Source of the DNA: Buchnera aphidicola (Therioaphis trifolii)
Lineage (GTDB): Bacteria; Pseudomonadota; Gammaproteobacteria; Enterobacterales; Enterobacteriaceae
Direction: 5' to 3'
DNA length: 32,000 nucleotides
NCBI RefSeq assembly: GCF_005080705.1
Contig: NZ_CP032996.1
Span: 240,001 to 272,000 of the forward strand
Shown here: one piece after another, positions 28,735 through 32,000 of the stretch
How positions within the stretch are numbered: position 1 is the stretch's first letter
How the letters are laid out: the number at the start of each line of letters is the position of its first letter
The notes under the pieces: model-generated
Told to the model about the DNA's origin: nothing
Database searches by the model: none
What the model saw: the letters and a program-made list of their open reading frames with translations, nothing else
Translations under genes and position numbers: made by a program

Positions 28735-31578
28735 TTATAAAATTGTATCTTTATTATAATAATTTTTTTTATTTAAAATTAATTTTTTTAATTTTTTTTG
28801 TTTTTGATATATTATTTCTTTTGGTGCTTTTTCTAAAAATGTTTTATTTAATAATATTTTTTTTAAAGATAATATTTTTTTATTTAAATCTTTTATTTCT
28901 TTATTAAAATTATTTAATTTAATATTATTATAACATTTTACATTAATTAAAACAAAAATTTTATTTTCATCAATAATCTTCATCATAGAATTTTTTGGAA
29001 TTTTATAATTTAAATCTACAAAATTAATATTTTTTAATAATCCTATCTTTTTAATAATATTTTTATTTAATAAAATTATTTTTTTATATTTTTCATTAAT
29101 ATTAACGATAAATAAAGATAAAATAATATTTTTATTTTTTAATATAATACGTATTTTTCTTAAAAATAACATTATTTTTTGAAACCAATTCATAAATTTT
29201 ATAACATATTGATTATTCATATTAGAATTAAATTTAGGAAAATTTTGAAACATAATAGTTTTAGATTTAAAATTAAAAATATTATGCATTTTTTTCCAAA
29301 TATATTCAGTAATAAAAGGAATAATAGGATGCGCTATTTTTAATATTTTTTTAAATATATAAATTAATGTAAATTTATAATTTTTTATTTCTATTAATGT
29401 ACCTATTTTAAATACTATTTTTATAATTTCTAAATACCAATCACAAAATTTATGCCAAAAAAAATCATATAATATATTTGAAGCAATATCAAATCGATAT
29501 GATTTAAATGCATTTTTATATAATTTCAACATATTATTTAATTCTAATGATATCCAAATATTAAAAAATAAAGTATTATTTTTATATAAATTATTATTAT
29601 AATCTTCTAATTTTACATTTATTAAAATAAATCGACTAGCATTCCAAATTTTATTACAAAAATTTTTATATCCTTGTAGTCGATTCATATCCCAATTAAT
29701 ATTTCGAGTTATTGAAGATAACGATGAAAAAGTAAATCTTAATGCATCAGCACCAAAACCTTTTATTCCATTTGGAAAAATTTTTTTTGTGTTATTATTT
29801 ATTTCATTAATAATATTATTTTTAATATTATTATTGGTACGTTTTTTGATTAAATCAATTAAATTAATACCATCAATAATATCTAATGGATCTAAAACAT
29901 TTCCTTTAGATTTAGACATTTTTTGACCAATTTCATCTTTAATTAAACCAGTAATATAAACATGTTTAAAAGGAATTTGTGAGTTCCCAAAATTATCTTT
30001 AATACAATGTAAAGTCATCATAATCATTCTTGCAATCCAAAAAAATATAATATCAAAACCACTAACAAGAACATTAGTTGGATGAAATGTTTTTAATAAA
30101 TTATTTTTTTTAGGCCAATCTAAAGAAAGAAAACTCCATAAACTTGAAGAAAACCAAGTATCTAAAACATCTTTATCTTGTATAATTTCGGTTGTTTTAG
30201 AAATTTTATATTTCTTTCTAATTTCTTTTTCATTATTTCCAACATATACATTTCCTAATTTATCATACCAAGCTGGGATAGAATGCCCCCACCATAATTG
30301 ACGAGAAATACACCAATCTTGTATATTATACATCCATGATAAATATAAATTTTTATATTGTTTTGGAAAAAAAATAATTTTATTTTTTTTAACTACCTGA
30401 ATTGCCTGATTCGATAATTTTTTAGTACATAAATACCATTGATTAGTTAAAAGAGGTTCAATTTTAGAACCACTCCTATCTCCATAAGGAATAAAAATGT
30501 CTATTTTATTAACACTATGTAATATTTTTTTCTTATTTAAAATATGAATAATTTTTTTTCTTGCTTGATTTAATTTTAATCCTTTTAAATAACAAGGCAT
30601 ATATTTATCATATATTGTTGAAATATTACCATGAATATCATATATATGACAATTATTACAAATTTTACCATCCATAGTAAAAATATTAATCATAGGCAAT
30701 TTATTTCGTACAGCAATTTCATAATCATTAAAATCATGAGCAGGAGTAATTTTAACACAACCAGTACCTTTTTTTATATCAACAACATTATCTCCAATAA
30801 CAGGAACTAATCTATTAATAATAGGAACAAGTACAATACATCCTATAAATGCATTATATCTAATATCATTAGGATTAACTGCAACTGCTGTATCACCTAA
30901 TAACGTTTCTGGACGAGTTGTTGAAATAGGTAAATATTGTTTTTTATTAATTTTTCCTAATTTATCTACTATAAAATATTTAATATTCCACATATTACCT
31001 TTTGTTATACGATTTTCTATTTCTAAATCTGAAATAACTGTTTTTAATTTTTTATCCCAATTACATAATTTTTTTTTACGATAAATTAATCCTTGTTTAT
31101 ATAAATCTATAAAAACTTTTTTAACTCCTTTTTTTGAAATATCATCTAATGTAAATCTTGTTCTACTCCAATTAACTGAACTACCTAACCTCTTTATTTG
31201 ATAATATATATTATTATCATTTTTTTTCTTCCATTTTAAACATTTTTTTATAAAAAATTTTTTTCCTAAAATTCTAAAATCTTTTTTTTCTTGTAATTCT
31301 ATTTTTTTAGATATGAGTATTTGTGTCGCAATACCTGCATGATCTACACCCATTTGCCATAAAGTATTAAAACCTTTCATACGATGATATCTAATTAAAA
31401 TATCCATAATTGTTTGTTGAAAAGCATGCCCCATATGTAAATTTCCTGTAATATTAGGCGGAGGCATAATAATGCAAAAATTATTATTAATATGTTTTTT
31501 TATTTGAAAATACTTATTTTGTTCCCAAAATTTATATATTTTTTCTTCAATATTTTTAGGATTATATTGATTTTCCAT
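28735..31578 (-). CDS. valS: valine--tRNA ligase
   Basis: 947 aa, with PPPNITGNLHMGH (HIGH), KMSKSKGN (KMSKS) and a C-terminal Lys-rich coiled-coil region. Confidence 0.96.
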   Translation of the reverse strand: MENQYNPKNIEEKIYKFWEQNKYFQIKKHINNNFCIIMPPPNITGNLHMGHAFQQTIMDILIRYHRMKGFNTLWQMGVDHAGIATQILISKKIELQEKKDFRILGKKFFIKKCLKWKKKNDNNIYYQIKRLGSSVNWSRTRFTLDDISKKGVKKVFIDLYKQGLIYRKKKLCNWDKKLKTVISDLEIENRITKGNMWNIKYFIVDKLGKINKKQYLPISTTRPETLLGDTAVAVNPNDIRYNAFIGCIVLVPIINRLVPVIGDNVVDIKKGTGCVKITPAHDFNDYEIAVRNKLPMINIFTMDGKICNNCHIYDIHGNISTIYDKYMPCYLKGLKLNQARKKIIHILNKKKILHSVNKIDIFIPYGDRSGSKIEPLLTNQWYLCTKKLSNQAIQVVKKNKIIFFPKQYKNLYLSWMYNIQDWCISRQLWWGHSIPAWYDKLGNVYVGNNEKEIRKKYKISKTTEIIQDKDVLDTWFSSSLWSFLSLDWPKKNNLLKTFHPTNVLVSGFDIIFFWIARMIMMTLHCIKDNFGNSQIPFKHVYITGLIKDEIGQKMSKSKGNVLDPLDIIDGINLIDLIKKRTNNNIKNNIINEINNNTKKIFPNGIKGFGADALRFTFSSLSSITRNINWDMNRLQGYKNFCNKIWNASRFILINVKLEDYNNNLYKNNTLFFNIWISLELNNMLKLYKNAFKSYRFDIASNILYDFFWHKFCDWYLEIIKIVFKIGTLIEIKNYKFTLIYIFKKILKIAHPIIPFITEYIWKKMHNIFNFKSKTIMFQNFPKFNSNMNNQYVIKFMNWFQKIMLFLRKIRIILKNKNIILSLFIVNINEKYKKIILLNKNIIKKIGLLKNINFVDLNYKIPKNSMMKIIDENKIFVLINVKCYNNIKLNNFNKEIKDLNKKILSLKKILLNKTFLEKAPKEIIYQKQKKLKKLILNKKNYYNKDTIL

Positions 31579-31854
31579 ACTTTAAATCTCTAAAATTAAC
31601 TTAATAAAATAATCATTCATATTAAAGATATTAAATAAATATATAATATTAATTTAATAAAAATACTATAATATTTTATTTTATATTTATAAAATATAAA
31701 AAATATTTTTTTAAATATTTATATATATTAAAAATAAAATAATGTTTTAAATATTTTTATCATTAAATTATTTTGATATAGTATATAAAATAATATTAAT
31801 ATAATATATAATAAAATATAATATTAAAAATTAATATGATATTTATATAAAAAT

Positions 31855-32000
31855 ATGAATAGTTTATATAAAAAACACTTATTAAAAATTTCTGATTTTA
31901 CAAAAAATGAAATTATTACAATTATTAATTTAGCTAATTTTTTAAAAAAATCTAAAAAAAAAAAACAAGAAAAAAAATATTTAAAAAATAAAAATATTGC
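31855..32000 (+). CDS. argI: ornithine carbamoyltransferase, N-terminal 48 codons only (runs off window)
   Basis: Hand translation gives MNSLYKKHLLKISDFTKNEIITIINLANFLKKSKKKKQEKKYLKNKNI, against E. coli ArgI [20 protein letters not shown]...[20 protein letters not shown]. A PyrB alternative fits less well. Confidence 0.7.
   Translation, partial: MNSLYKKHLLKISDFTKNEIITIINLANFLKKSKKKKQEKKYLKNKNI

Noticed and set aside
1-32000. Search for CRISPR repeats, insertion sequences, transposase or integrase genes, prophage, toxin-antitoxin or defence genes, or orphan long ORFs
   Set aside because: Every ORF of about 75 aa or more is either a recognisable housekeeping gene or an antisense shadow. No regularly spaced direct repeats or terminal inverted repeats with G/C content were seen. 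The window offers no support for a novel multigene system.

Overview
By eye this window is about 20% G+C (not computed), and intergenic DNA is almost pure A/T. It is gene-dense, roughly 90% coding, and carries only housekeeping genes. I support 29 protein genes and 3 tRNA genes.

Gene order, left to right: aspS (5' partial), pykA, zwf, htpX, yoaE, tsaB, leuDCBA, minEDC, rsmC, tRNA-Leu(UAA), tRNA-Cys(GCA), tRNA-Ser(UGA), murJ, rluC, rpmF, fabD, fabG, acpP, tmk, holB, ycfH, ptsG, an OmpF-like porin, asnS, valS, argI/argF (5' end only).

Gene content, Lys/Asn/Ile-rich proteins and relic E. coli-type synteny blocks fit a strongly reduced obligate insect endosymbiont of the Enterobacterales, Buchnera-like. 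The organism cannot be proven from this window.

I see no mobile elements, CRISPR arrays, phage, toxin-antitoxin or defence genes, and no unassigned long ORFs. I therefore do not claim a novel multigene system.

The points worth a second look concern genome reduction and gene expression:
- A chromosomal leuABCD operon sits at a synteny breakpoint, directly downstream of minCDE, with no leader or attenuator.
- A 694-bp spacer of about 3% G+C lies between murJ and rluC, where E. coli carries the flg cluster and rne.
- The rluC-to-tmk block has collapsed, with yceF/yceD, plsX/fabH and fabF/pabC/mltG gone from the locus.
- The conserved N-terminus of rsmC is in frame but has no ATG/GTG/TTG start.
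- There are 13 in-frame A/T homopolymers of 10-16 nt, including A16 in fabG.
- The tRNA genes lack an encoded CCA and are packed against convergent genes with no terminator.
- The only two G/C-containing intergenic hairpins both sit at block junctions.
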